Assembly (NCBI GenBank): GCA_965649765.1
Contig: OZ287757.1
Location: forward strand, 54,250,001 to 54,314,000
Reading direction: 5' to 3'
Length of the DNA: 64,000 bases
DNA from: Bispira polyomma
Lineage: Eukaryota
The notes below the pieces were generated by a model. It searched no databases. It was not told the origin of the DNA and saw nothing but the letters and a program-made list of their open reading frames with translations. Made by a program: the position numbers and the translations under genes. The number at the start of each line of letters is the position of its first letter. Within the stretch, counting starts at the first letter, position 1. This document shows, one piece after another, positions 37,401-52,400 of this stretch.

Positions 37401-40400
37401 AAGACTTTTTTGTGAATACTGCCTTCATTAACTGCTAGACGTACGTTTTTTTCAGACCTGACAGGACAAATCTCGTGCATTCCGGAGACCTTCCCCTGTG
37501 ACGGGGCGCAAGACTGTCCCTACAATGATGAATCCATTAGCTGGTGTGAGAGCAAGGGTTATGACAAGACATGTTTCGATAGCTGCCACGTACCGTGTCC
37601 AATAAATCGTGAGTATTTTTCAATGAATATGTATATATTAATTTAGTTTGTGTGTTTGAAAACTGATCGGTAGCCTAGAGGTTAGCAAGCATTGCGCTTC
37701 ACAATCACTGGTCTCTCACGTCTGGGCGGCGCGAGTTCGAATCCCGTCGATGCCTATGTGGGAAAGGTGGTAGTTCCTTACTGTGGACCACTGGTTTCAG
37801 TGCAGAACCTTGATCAACTGTATGCAGTGTTTCCTCCAGCGTTTCCAACTACCTGTCCCAATATAACCTACTAAAAGGTACTAGAGTGGACGTTAAATAT
37901 CCAAATTTAAGTTTGAAAACTGATGCAGGGTTCGCAATATATACCAGGCTTTTCAGTATATCGTACATTAGTACATTAAGTGCTTTAAACTTTGGAAACA
38001 AAACTAAAGCTTGCTTGCTTTCTTACTGATGAAGGCAATATATACTGTTTTTTCTGTAGTAAACTGGCGATATATACTGTTATTGCTGTAGTAAACTGGC
38101 AATATGTACCGTAATTTCTGTAGTGAACTGGCAATATATCGTAATTTCTGAGTGAACTGGCAATATATACCGTTATTTCTCTAGTGAACTGGCAATATAT
38201 AGTTGGGGGGGGGGGGGGGGGCTATTAATAAATAAATCAGTTGCGGTCTGACATATACTGTCGCAAAAATGATAGTAATATCATGTTTAAATAGTTTAAC
38301 AGAATATCTGTGGACTTGTAACTATGGCCTAAATTCTACATTATCACTCGACTATCTAATACAACTCACTGTTTTAACAGATTTCATAAGCGAGAGATTT
38401 GTACCAATCTTGCCATAATATTTTAATGTAGTACTGCTAAAATACTGACATTTGGTAATCTAAAAATCTTGCTAAAAGGATGGAGACTGCTGTAAGAAAA
38501 GGGGCATTCATTACAGAAAATATGGTATTTATAAAAACTACATCCAAGACTTGGGCCCCAAATTTCATAGTTTTTTAACTTAGCAGGGTATGTAGGAACG
38601 TTAGGCATTAGACATGCTGAAGACCAAACTTTACAGAGCAGAAAAACCTTGGCCAACTATATACTGTTTTGTGATTTTCTTCACCAGTGAACTGCCCATC
38701 TTGGATGTATGTGGTACAAGACATGTTTAAAATCGAACCGTTGAATCCCAACCTAAATACAAAATAATTCCATTCTATTTCCTACAGCAAATCACTGCAT
38801 GGGACCTTGTAGATAAAAGGGTCTTGATGCTTAAAAACGAAGTAGCACATATACACTCCTGTGACTTCATAATAAGAACCTTTTTACCAGACATGTTTAC
38901 GAATTTACATTTAAATGGTAGCACCTTTATTGTACATAAAAGCTACACTAACGCCGCTTTGGAGATTGTATTGTATGTTGTATTTGTTACACATTCTATA
39001 TTGACGCAAGACATTTACTAAGCGCAACAACACAATGAATTAACCAATTTAGAAGTCAAAAAATAAAAACATAGCTAGGTCATAAGGGGTGTGCAGGGAA
39101 GAACTATAAAAACGGGTACTTTGATGATAGTTTGTCGATCAGTTCTTATCTAAATCCAGAAAGTGTTTCCAGTGATCTAAGCTCAACTTTGAGGAGTATT
39201 CTTGTAACATATTGGCAGCTATTGAGGAAGCTCCAGACCTAGCCTTCTTGGTGGGTTTAATGGAGGAAACATAATGAAGTCTTACCTCTCTTAAGGTTCA
39301 CTAAAGGAAAGACTAGTAGCAAGGTAGGACGGCTGTTGAGACACAACAGCTTTGAAAGTAGTGATTACATGGATTCCAGACAGTGAATCTAATCAATTCT
39401 GTAATGGCGCTTTTTCTCTGTACCAGCCGTTTCTATTGCTCAACACCCAGATTCAGCAGTCGTATTGTGGTAGACAGAAAAAAACGTGTCCTTGTCAGAG
39501 AGGTAGTCTGTGATGGTAGGACTGTGTCAGGCTTTTGATAGATAGGTTTTAAGTTGCTTGCTTCTGAATGTTGAAAGAGAAGGTTAACCACCTGTATGTT
39601 GTGGTGGATGGTTCTACACCTTATGTGGAGCATACTAGAAGCTACAATTGACTTTTGATTTGTGTATGTGGCGATTTAAGGTAGGAACATTGAGGAACAT
39701 TTGTTAGGATTACCACGACAGGTATTGACTTCCGAGAGTAAGAGGGGGCGTGATACGGGCCGAGGTATTTTGGGAAAGCAACTTGATAACCAGTATGAAA
39801 TGTATACATCAAAATTGAACAGAAAGCCAGTGTAAATCTTTTAGAACAGGAGATATGTGGGAATACTTCAAGGTACGAGGTATGTGTGATCATATGAGGT
39901 ATGAGTATTCTGTATTGCCCGAAGGCGAGACTTTTCCTTGTAGACGAACTGCTTAACAATGGTTACAGTAGTCAATGTGACTGTTCACAGGAGCATTTAA
40001 CGAATAACACAACGACAAAGTATGATGTATAGTAATTTTTACTACGATCGGAGGCGTAGTAACACAAATGTGAAGGCTAAAATATCAGGCTTTGAAATGT
40101 GTTCTTCCTATTCTAACAGGACCAATTAAAATTATCACCTAATTCAAGCTGTTTTTACTGCCAAATTTCATTATTGAAGGAACTATATTTATACGGGGCA
40201 TCAATACACTGCAGACAAAATTGGTCTATTTTCGTGTATGTGTGTACACGGTTATTTTACCGAGGCATTCGGCCAATTAGAATCACCGACACTGCCGTGT
40301 CTTGGTAGAATAGCCAAGAACCCTGCAGCTATATCCTGCGACAATCCTTACATTAAAATGATTTGACCAAGCAGTAGCCATAAGATGCACACAAAAAAAG

Positions 40401-43400
40401 TAATTCCTTCTTCTGTATTCAGAGAAATCGTTATTAAGCTTTTTGAAAAAAAATACTAGTAGGAACTTTTCTGGAGAAAGACGAAATTTCTAACCAAAAA
40501 GAGGGCAGATGTCGCCCCATTGTTTCATCCTGCAATATACAATCTATTCAAAGACACCAATGCACTCGAGTAGTGAAGGAGTAGAAACTATAAGTCAATT
40601 CAGCATTTCGAGTGTGCATATATAAATAGCTGTGTGTGTGCTTCGGGATAAACGAACCACTAAAAGCTAACTGAACCAGATCACGTATTTACATTTTCTT
40701 AAATTAAATGTTATAACATACATTGTTGTAAAACTGAACTTATAATCAAGAAGCTTTCATCAAAACCTTTTCTAAGACTCCAATATTGCCTATATTAATA
40801 ATTTATATTAATTGCTTTAAGTTTTTCTAAAATTTTAAAGTAGAAAGAAATTGCCGACATTTTGGCAGATTTTGAAATACTGTCATTATCGGTCACACTC
40901 TGCTATTATTTATCCTGAGTTGGACAATCACACTCGAAATGCTGAATAGGCTTCTTGTGTTTTCACTTTTAATTCATTTTCTAGTTGTGTCTTCTCTCTA
41001 TGTGTTGCAGGTACTGCTGATGTGTGGGAGTGCATCTGGTACGAGTTCCCTTGTGATGGGATTCGCGACTGCTGGAACAGCGACGACGAAAACCTCGCTT
41101 GGTGCGCCTCCGAGAATATCACGCCAACGTGCTATGGCTCGGACAATATTCCTTGTCCCAAACAGGGTAAACATTTGAATTTTATTTTATTATTGGATTT
41201 TAAGTTGCCAGGACTAGTGTTCAGGGAGGGGGAATTAGTGCTGAAGCCACACACTGAACTATGGCAAAGTACTTGACAACACTTTCTCGCATTTTTTGTC
41301 CAGAACTAACATTTTACAGTTAAACAACAAAAAAAGTGTGAAACACTATCAAGTGAGCAGTTAGAAAAATAAAATGTATTATAGGAATGAAAAATACAAA
41401 AGGGAGTTTCATGCGCATTTTAAAACTATCGCTGGGTTGGGTTTAATGCACAAGGCCCAAGTATTTTATTCCTATTCTAAAATGATAAACCATTAATTTT
41501 CATTAAAGTGATACCATGATACCCAAGAACATGTTACTACTAATTAGATGGTTCCATGTTTTGGCTGTTCCATCATGTAAACATACACAACAACCAAGTT
41601 GCAAAAACAAAAAGAAAATGTCTCCAAAAATTGCTGTTTACTTATTAATAACTCAAAAATAACTGCAAGTAAAAAAATTCATGAAATTATAGCCAGAAAG
41701 CTGATTTGGTTGTGATTACTGTGCTTTTTGTTGCATCAAATTTCAACTTTCATTTGTACATCCAACGCCTACTGCTCAAAGATGGAACAGTCATGCTTTT
41801 TCGACATCACTGTTTTATACAAAATTTATACATTGCGTAAAAGGACGTGTTTACGGGCTTAAATGAGCAAGTCTACCATAATTTTAGAATACAGAACACA
41901 CTAGATGGTATGATAACGTGTACCTTGTGTTACATGAAAACCAAAGTTAAACTAGTCAACTTGCTATTGGTATGTGGAAAAAACAAACAGCTCTACACTT
42001 TGTCAATTAATGTACTATCGCATCTCAAAATGACTGGGTATAGAGTCAGGAATCCAACATTCGATACTATATCTGAAACTTGCCAGCCAACTAAAATTAA
42101 AGGAAAATTGGTAAAAACTGACCAAAAAATAACTTGAATTTAAGTCAGTAAGGACAAATTGGTTGCAAAAATCTCGATTTTAGGAAATATTACCCACAAT
42201 TCTACCCAAAACATAACATTTTCTGGGTGGTGAATTTCAGGTACAGTGGCCAATTTTAGATTCCTTACTGTAATAATAAAGTACAGCTATAGAAACCTCT
42301 ATTATACAGCCATGTTGGTAGAACAGGATTTTGTGCAGATAACAGATATGTCATTACTAACCCCTTTTTGACCTTACCTGTGGACTAGCAGTCAACGGTA
42401 AAGTCTATTCACCAGTGCCATGTCTGTCAACAACCAGCAGCCGACACCCCCCCTCTCCCCGACACCCCCCCCCCTCTCCCCGACACCCCCCCCCTCTCCC
42501 CGACACCCCCCCCCCCTCTCCCCCGACATCCCCTCCCCCCGACACCCCCCATAATTTTGTTCAGCTTTCCTTCAGTACAGCACAATTGAAATGGCTTGGT
42601 ATGGTGGAGCTCCCTGAATAAATCCATTGTATATAAGTGCATTATGAAACCCCAGGAATCGCCTGTAGTGAGTGTTTTAATGTCTTTAACTATCTGCAGC
42701 CTTATACCTGGGAATTTCCTTCGATACAAATGTCTATGACTATCGTTAAATTAGTGGCTAAGGGGTTAAAAATGGAAGAGGTAAGTCTGTATAGGACACA
42801 ACAGGAAACCACTACTTTGTGGAAGAGTTGAATAATCGGTTGATAAATTTAATGTTTTAATAACAGTTAATTTCACTTGAACTCCTGATAGAGAGTCGTT
42901 GTACTATACCAAAGGGAAGAAAACGTTGACCCACTTCCATGACGTCACATATGACGGTGTTGCTACCACTCGCAAATTAATACCTAAATTTAATTTTATG
43001 TTCAAATCACTGTACATGTACCTTATCGATTGTATTCCTGTCTGCTGTAGGAGCCATATAATAATATTATATATAGACGTTCACTGCTGGCCGATGGACA
43101 CGATACTGGCTGGTAGAAACGACAGTGGACCGACATTGTCAAAGGGGGGGTTAATCAAGGTTCTGCAGTAACAAATGGAACACAAATATTTATTTTTAAT
43201 CTTTGCAGATGACAGTTTCACTTGTATCCCTGCTTCCTACACCTGTGACGGTTTTGAGGATTGTGCCCTGGGTTCCGACGAAGACCCAGACTTCTGCAAA
43301 AACATGGTTTGTCCAGAAGGCACGAGTCGCTGTCCAGATCAAGGTAAATTCGTTGTTGATTTTCATTTTTTTTTACGTCATATGATGACATATCTGAAGG

Positions 43401-46400
43401 TAATCTCGTGACTAGGTTTCTGTGGTCCCCTAATTAGTATATTACCAATTGTCTACGAGATGTCTAACCAAAACTTCATTCTTCGGTTGTTGGGTAATTT
43501 TGACAATGCCTAGCCCCTTACAACTTCAATGTTCATCAAACATTCCTGCTTGTGTAAAACCTTTCTTATTTTTATTTTCACTCCAATTGGCATCTTTTTC
43601 TTAATTTTCATAAGTTTGCTTACCCATGGACCAGACCTTCCATTTTGGGATATCAGCACCTTAGAGGATGTTTCTCGTCAATTTGGCGTTCTATAAATGC
43701 TACAAGTATATTATTCTTTAGTTAAATCGATGGATGGTGTTCCCCTTGGGAGAATATCCTGGGCCTGTATTCTGGAACGTATACTGAGCTGAAACTCGTA
43801 CTCCACTCAAATATAGACTCTGTGGAAATCCTTGTACATGGAAGTAACATACTTGTGACCATTAATAGAGCTTTTAACCCTGAATTCAAATATCAAGTCA
43901 GATTTTAGATATATTTGACCTATCCAGAGTTATAGAGAATCCAGATTTGAATTAAGTACGAGTTTGAGCTGAGTATACATTTGAGAAAACCAACCCAGGA
44001 AATCAGTTTGTGGCTATAGATCGCATTTATTACATTACATACAGTAGCACCTTTATTATCCAGCTATTTTGTTCTGATAATAGAACGTTTTTAAAATAGA
44101 AGCATTTCAGCAATTAAACAATGGAGAGTGCCACTTTGGGCAGAGTGGATGTGTTTGTATGTAATCGCATATCGGTAAACAGTGGTCTCCCTTGGCCTGG
44201 TGGTTTGACAGTTGGTCTGGTGCTCAGAAGGTTCCCAGTTCAACTTCCAACTGGGAGAGTTTGTCTGGTGATCAAAAGGTCTCTGGTTCAACTTTCACTA
44301 AAAGCCGCTAGGTTCAGTGGTGGGGGCAACATCCTTGGGCAAGATGTGAACATGCCATTGCCTACTGATGATGACCCAGACTATGTTGTTGCAGGGACTG
44401 TCCCTTTTGGAGAATAAGCGGCTTAGAGAATGATATTTCAATAGGGCGCTTTGTAAATAGAAATACTTCAATAATATTAAACAGAAATTTGAATAATAAA
44501 CACTCTGTACTGTGCATTTCTTTCAGAGGATTATGGGACGGTTCAGTGCATTCTGACAGAGTACCTCTGCGACGGTTTCATTGACTGTCTGTATAAACAG
44601 GATGAGAATCCCACTTTTTGTGCCTCTGCAGGAATCCCACTGACCTGTGGTCAGTCAAACACGTTACCATGTCCAGGTGAGAGGATTATGTGAACCCCTG
44701 TGGTCTCCCTTGATATCTGTGAGCATTGCAGTCACAAAAGTTGTAATTTGCTTGTTTGTGAGAGTTTTTGTGGGTGGGTGGGGGCAGGGAGTAGGGGGGG
44801 TGGAGGTTGGCATTTTGTGTCCAGATTTTTTTTCAATTGCATCATCCTTGTCACAGTCTTCAGTCGAACTCGGATCATTAGACACACTTATTGGTTTTTG
44901 GAAAAATCTAAAACCTATATTTTTAATCAGGCCTTTCCATTGTAGTTTCCCTCCTGTACACCCCCACATGCTTCCCTGTGACCTTGCTATGTCCACTGAT
45001 CACATGATTACATCACTGATTCTGCTGTTGCCTAGCATCCATAAAGTGAATTAAAATGCATATTAATAATAATAATCTATGAAATGCTCATTGGAGACCT
45101 ATTATCAATTTTATACAGAATCTATCTAAACTCAAATTCATTCGAATTGCAAAAATGAAAACAATTTCAAAGCAACCACAACATACACTAATACCTCTCT
45201 ACCTGCACTGCAATTATGGTGGCAAGTGCCCTGGTCAGTGGTCGCCTTGATTACTGTAACTCTCTTTTCAGAGGTCTTGCTGGGATTAGCCTGTGCAAAT
45301 TGCAGTCGGTGTGTCCAAAACAGTTTGGTTCGGATAGTAAAGAGAAAGTTTAAGTTTACTCGCATTACTCTTGTTTAAAAAAAAACCTCCACTGGCTGCC
45401 TAAATATTGAGTATAAAGCAATATTTAAAACTGCTATCTTAGTCTATAAATATCTCGATTCAGTTTTCTCTCCATATTTTAGTCCTCACTCTTCTCCCCT
45501 GTACATGTCAATGAAATACAAGGCCTAATAATGATTCTTAAGTGTCCCTACCTTTGTACAATTACTTCACAGGTCAAAAAGACATTTTAACAATAATTTC
45601 TCGTTTTATGTTTCTGTGCTGTAGAATGATCTGCCTCGTGGTAGTTGTAATGCCTCCTCACTTGCTTCCTTTAGGAAAAAACCTACCTACCTATTTAGCT
45701 AGGCTTTTTCACTATAGCCTCGTTACCTTTTCTGTCGTCTCTTTGGTCATAACCTCTCTACGTCCAGTGGCTATATGAAATTGTTAAAATAATGTTCCGT
45801 CTCCTGCGCGTTAGAGTCAGCTAGCACAGAGATAAGCACTGTAAAAGTTATAAAAGTACTTGGTTTTCCAGATGCTCCAACTAACGGGCTGCATTACTGC
45901 ATTAATGAGACCTATTTCTGCGACGGTTACCTGGACTGTCAGGACGGAAAGGATGAAGAACTGGCAGAGTGCCAAAAACTGGGAGTCACGCCTAAATGTT
46001 ATGATGAGGATGAGATCCTATGTCCCAAGCCAGGTGGGTTCAGTATACAGCCACATATTGCTTTTGTTTGAATTTTGAAAGTGATATCTGGATCCGATTC
46101 GGTCTAACTTGCATGTTCGGGAAAGTCCGGAAATTCATGAAAATATTATATCGCCTGCAAAGTAAAAACTATGTGCAAAAATATATTGTTTTGGGGGTAA
46201 TTTTGTTGTTTATACAAATTCAAAAAAAATAAAGCTACCTACCTAGTAGAATTTTTCATATTTTGACACTTTCATCAGTTTTAATTAATTTTTTTGCGAG
46301 TCACCATGGCTGACACGGCTGTAGTATGACGCAATTTCATTGGTTCAGACATTGACTGTTTCAGTGATTTTTATTGGCTGAACACACGTATAGCGACTGA

Positions 46401-49400
46401 CTAACCTCTAGTACAATATTGCCACAAAGTTGGACTATATGGGGTTTTCACTAAAACTAGGATGGACCTAAAGAATTTTATTACATTAAATTGCATACAT
46501 GCACACGCAGGTAGAATTGTATATAAAGGCTAGCCTCGCTTAAATGATGAAAAAAATTGTACTTTGAATATGTAAGTGGCTTGTATATACACCATTGACG
46601 GGTCTTCCCAAGCTGAAGGTACTTGGGTAGTGAAGGATATTTGTTTATTTAGATATGTGTAAATAAAATGAACTACAATACTCCTATATTCATTATTTAT
46701 AAAATGTTTTTATTAGTATTTGCAGAAGATCGAAAGTTTAGTCCAAACGGCTTTTGAAAATGGGGTTCGGAGCCGATTTAATAAGATTTGCATGTTTGGC
46801 AAATTCATCAAAATATTATATATTTATCCAACATATTAAATTGTTTTTTTTATCGGGTTTCAAGCTAGATTATGTAAAAAAAAAAAAATTATTGAAATTG
46901 TTTTTATGGTAATTTCGTTGATTATACAAAGAAAACAAATTGTTAGCTATCTTTAATTTTAAGCTACGTTATATTTTCATTTTTGTCTGTTGGCTTGTTC
47001 TCTAGAATCTTAAAAAATATGTGCCCAGTTTGAGACCATGCTTTCCATATACATCCAATTGAAGATATGTGACCAATTGTTGTGAAATTCAACAAGAGTT
47101 GTCTTTCAAAAAATAACATACGCACAGTGTGAAATACACCATAATATATATATGGCCACCATAGAATGGAAACATCAGCCTTTCGCCTGATGAAATCCCT
47201 AAATGGTAATAAATGTGTGACTCTAATTTCTCATCTAGATGACTATGGGATGGTGGTGTGTAGTTACGCCCACTTTGAGTGCACTAATTATACATACTGC
47301 CCCACGATGACAGAGGACGAAGAGTTCCAATTTTGCAGTAACCTGGAATGTCCTAGAGCAGATGCACTCTGCCCCGGTACAGGTAATTATGACTTTCTTC
47401 CTTGTTTATGCACACTGGCCTCCCACCTTTATAATATATATATGGTCCCGGTTTCGAATCTTGTTAGATTAGTTAGGGTTAATTATTTGGTCAAAATGAC
47501 AGGCCATCAGCAAGCCCTTCTGTTGAGTTTCATGAGATTTTGTTTAATGGAATTGTTGAAATATTGGCGTATTACCATTATAATCGCCACGATGATGACC
47601 TTGAAATGACCTGAGCCGTATCAAAACTCTGCATTAGTTTATTCAATTGACCCTGGTTTCTTATATGCTCACAATGCTTTACAAAGAGCCAAATTCCTAT
47701 TTTGTAAATGCTTGTAACCAAATGAACTGATAATCCAAGAAACCTTTTACAACCTAGCCTTGCAACCTGTATGGTCCCAGGTTCGAATCTTTGCTTGTTC
47801 ACCCATTTAAATTATTTTAAGTATTTGTCAATTTTTCATTCATCAAATATGGGTCAATTGGTACTTAAAGGTAACTTAGTCATTTTTCAAAAGACATTTG
47901 TTTGCCTTGGCTTCGAAAACCATACATTTTGTTTACACTAAAATGATATTCTGACAATAAAATTGTCTTTTGATGCATTAGTTTTATTTTTTTAAATTTT
48001 GGTAAATGTATTATATCTTATAACAGGTATTTCTTTGATCTCGCCATGGACTATTACATTTGTAGTTTAATTTCATTGACAACTGTCTTTCCCTGTTAGA
48101 AGTCTTGGCCGTTTCTAAACGGCTATTCGGTCGCAAAATGGCAAGTATTATGTTAACCTTCACAATTTCTTTAAAAATTGTAATGACTACTAGTGCGAGT
48201 AGGGTTAGTGCCTCGTATAATTAGTAATGACTTCTAGTGAGTGGGATTAGTGCCTCGTAAAATTAGTAATGACTTCTAGTGAGTAGGGTTGGTCCCTCAT
48301 ATAATTAGTAATGACTTCTAGTGAGTAGGGTTGGTGCCTCATATAATCAGTAATGACTTCTAGCGAGTAGGGTTGGTCCCTCATATAATTAGTAATGACT
48401 TCTAGTGAGTAGGGTTAGTGCCTCATATAATTAGTATTGACTTCTAGTGAGTAGGGTTAGTGCCGCCTATAATTAGTAATGACTTCTAGCGAGTAGGGTT
48501 AGTGCCTTATATAATTAGTAATGACTTCTAGTGAGTAGGGTTAGTGCCTCATATAATTAGTAATGACTTCTAGTGAGTAGGGTTAGTGCCTCATAGGTGC
48601 CCTTGAGGTGCTTAAGCGGAAACAAGTTATTATAATGTACACACTTATACACTAGGATGTTTAATGCTATACAAAATGTTCTTGTTACCCAGACGACTGG
48701 CGCCAGTGTCTGCCATTTTATTGGGCATGTGATGGGCTGCAGGATTGTCACTATGGAAGTGACGAAGATCAAGACTGGTGTAACAATATGACCTGTAACC
48801 CTGGATACGTCAGCTGTCCAGGGCGTAAGTATACGTCACATGGTTCTTTACTATACAACGCCATACCAGTTTAATGTAGCTCTCATCGGCACACAGGAAT
48901 TCAGCATATGTGGTATGGGTGCTTTAAATGTAAAATTAAATATACGTTTCAATTTGTGAGGTCACCAGTTGTAGCAAAGACAAACGTATTCTCCCTTGGT
49001 ATAGTAGATTTTAATCTCCATCGGTGACAAAGGGGTTAATGCAAGAAATTCAACAATTAGTATTAAAAGTTCAATGTTTCAGTTCACAATGTGTGCCAAA
49101 AGTTTATTGTAATACACACCAATGGGTCTGCTTGCTACTTTCTCATTCCCAGTAGTTAATGCCGACTAAAACGCATTTTAACACTATTTTCTCATGATGC
49201 ACCGAGGCTGTGGATTGATCTGCCTCGTGATATTTGCACTGCCTCCTCACTTGCCTGTTTTAGATCAGATACTGTAAAGGCAGGCGACCGCACATAATAT
49301 TAAAAATTTTCAATATCAAGCCATTTCCATAAATGTCCTCTGTCCATGTAAATGAAAATAAAATAGGACATTTGATATACTGCACTTATACAACACAGGG

Positions 49401-52400
49401 TCGTTCCAAATGCACTTAACTCATGGGCAGCCATAATGAGCGCCGTGCCATGGCTTGCTTGAAGATGACTATTTATCAGTGTCCCCAAGGATCTTTAATC
49501 TGCCACAGGAGATCAATGCAGAGGACCGCCATTTTAAGTGGTCATCCAAGCCACTAGGAAAACTTGTGTTCACATCTTGTTATGTCACTAAATGAAACCA
49601 GCGGCCTGTACCGGTATTAGAACCAGGGACCTTCTGATCATCAAACCAATGCCCTCGCCACTAGGCCACGGAGATCACCGACCACGGGGAGGACATGTCA
49701 CATCTATATATCCATCTGTCCATCTTCAGTCACTTACTCTTTCCCTGTGATAGTGGTTGGTCTGTTGTTTGTTGTCTGTTTATTTGATTATATATCCATC
49801 TCTCCATTTTTATGCCTTCAGCCACCTACTCTGGCCACCATGAGTGTATCATTCACATTTTAATCTGTAATAGGTAGTGTGACTATCTCCCCATCTGTGT
49901 CTATTTTGTCCATCTATCTCCCCATCTGTGTCTATTTTGTCCGTCTATCTCCCCATCTGTGTCTATTTTGTCTGTCTATCTCCCCATCTGTGTCTATTTG
50001 TATTCTTTCAGTCACCTACTCTGGCCTCCCCGAGTGTATCGATCCCTCCTCCCCCTGTGATGGTAACTATGACTGTTACTACAGCGATGATGAAGACGTC
50101 TCCTGGTGTCTATCTGAAGGTTACGAGCCTCACTGCAGCCAAGAGGGCACTATCGCCTGCCCTTACGACGGTAAGTCCAGGACTTTTATTATTACACCAC
50201 AACCTCCATTGTCAAAACTGCTGCTGTTCAATTTTTAATGAATTCAGTTTTATGAACTCGATCATTGCAACGGTAACTCAAGTGGACCGTGGTGGCCTAG
50301 TGGTGTTAGCACTTGCTTCACAATCACTGGCCACTTACCGAATGTGGGTTGGAATCCCATAGTTTGTTCTTTTATTAGTGGGATAGTTTGTCAAGAACTT
50401 GCCACAGGCCGGTGGTTTACAGTGGTTTCGCCTAAGCTGTTAAAAGCGACATCAAATCCAAGTAAATTCAAATATATTAAAAATTGTAAATTAGTGACGT
50501 TTTCTTCCAGTTAAAATTTTAACTTGTACAGTTAGTATTCAATTTGATGAACACAATTTCACTCTTCCGAATTTTTATTTTTTTCCTGTTTCTTCCAAAT
50601 TGATACTTTTTTCCTTTTTTGCTTTTTTAAAGTGAACTTTCTAATACTATCCAAAACACAATCCCTCCTCCACCCCCAAGATGCTCGTTTATAATAGGAC
50701 GATTCTACTGTACAACTATAACACCTTATTTCACACTTGTGCGGTGTCGTGTGCCGTGTGGGATCTTTTCTCGATAGACTCCATTGGCAACCTATCAAGT
50801 ACCGCATTGTTTCGAAGACCAATGTTTAAGTCAGTCAGTCCCCATATCTTGCCTCTTTGCCTGTCTTACTGCAGCCTTACCAAGGGGGAAAACAGAATCT
50901 CATTCTCTGATACCAGAACCATTAAATGGATTGGAGTCTATGCCTTCTCTGTCACAGCACCTGAACCCTATGGAATAATTTACTAGCCAATATATAGGAT
51001 CCCAGGAAACCCCTCTTGTTTCAAGAGCAATTTTAAGACCCATTTCTTTACCCTCGCTTACCCTCGATAGACATTTTTTTCCTCCATGTCGCCCCCCCTC
51101 CTCCCATCACGAATTTGCAATCTGAAGACTTCAATTTTAACAACTTTGTCAATGATGTGGCTCTTTTGGCATCAATAAGAAGCGTTACAAAAATCTATTG
51201 TGTACTTTATATATCAGATTATTCTGTCTGCGAAATAATGACCAAAATATTGTGTTGCGTGACTATATACTAGCTAAAACCTTCCGACCAAAAACAATTA
51301 CTAATATCTATGATGTCCGCCCAATAATATGCAGTAAAATATGTCAATTCATGAACTTAATTCATTATTATTTGGAATATAACACAAGACGCCTTCGGCA
51401 TTTTCCGTTTACTTCTTGTTTAAATATTGATTGATTGAGCAATGAAAATAAAAATGTAGATATATACAGACACTGATAACCAACAGTTAAAAAAATCACG
51501 GTTTTCAAAAAAGTAAGACCATGCCGGAATATATTTTAAATATGTTTTACTGCATTAAATGGCCCTATGTATGCTTCAAGTCGATGGAACTTTACTATTA
51601 ATTCAATATACATACTACCAGTACCACCTACAGGAGGTTATATTTTGATTTTTGTCCGTTGGTTTATATTTGTGACCGCTTCAGCGGCTACTGAGCCCTT
51701 GTTCGGTCTATATGTGCAGAATACAGCTGGGAAGTGGACTGTATTAATGCCACATATCCCTGTGATGGAATACAAGACTGTTACCTGTACAGCGATGAGA
51801 ACGTCACCTGGTGTAATGAGCAGGAAATTATACCAAAGTGTTTCTACAACGACACCATATTTTGTATACAACCTGGTGAGTGGGTAATATATGTGTACTT
51901 GTTGTATATTGATCTAGTGGCTAGGGTGTAAGTCTGACGATGAGTTGGTCCGGGGTTCTATTCCCAAAGTAATATCTGTGTAATATCAGCGCATTAAACA
52001 CGTGTTTATGAAAACCATGGTGATTCAGGTGGCGTTGTAGCATATCGTTTAAAAAAAAAAATTATTATTAGTAATATGTTTGATTAAAAAAAAGTTGTAA
52101 CTATCTACCAACTAACTATCCAGAATCTTAAACATAGGTCACTGTAATTAGCATGCTAACCCTGTATTATCCTAGATTTACCGAATAGAAGTCAGGCTTT
52201 TACTACAGTCTAGTGCCAAATTGGTATTGAAATGTACACCTTTTTTGAAGGTATTGTTGCATTTTCTATGTAAAAAACCGGTCGCCGTGTTGGCCTAGTG
52301 GTTAGAAACGCCTGCATTTACAATGACTGCCCTCTCACCAATGATGTGCGACATCAATCCCGTTCGTCCCTTAATGTGGGAAAGGTTTGTCAGGTCCTTG

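Noticed and set aside
38688-38706. Micro-exon LNCPSW that might supply a partner Cys for repeat 2
   Set aside because: 19 nt to the best donor; its phase does not match exon 20.
48174-48594. CRISPR-like or telomeric array
   Set aside because: Head-to-tail 42-bp units with no unique spacers and no cas genes, in eukaryotic intron context; tagggttag is only one partial telomere motif per unit.
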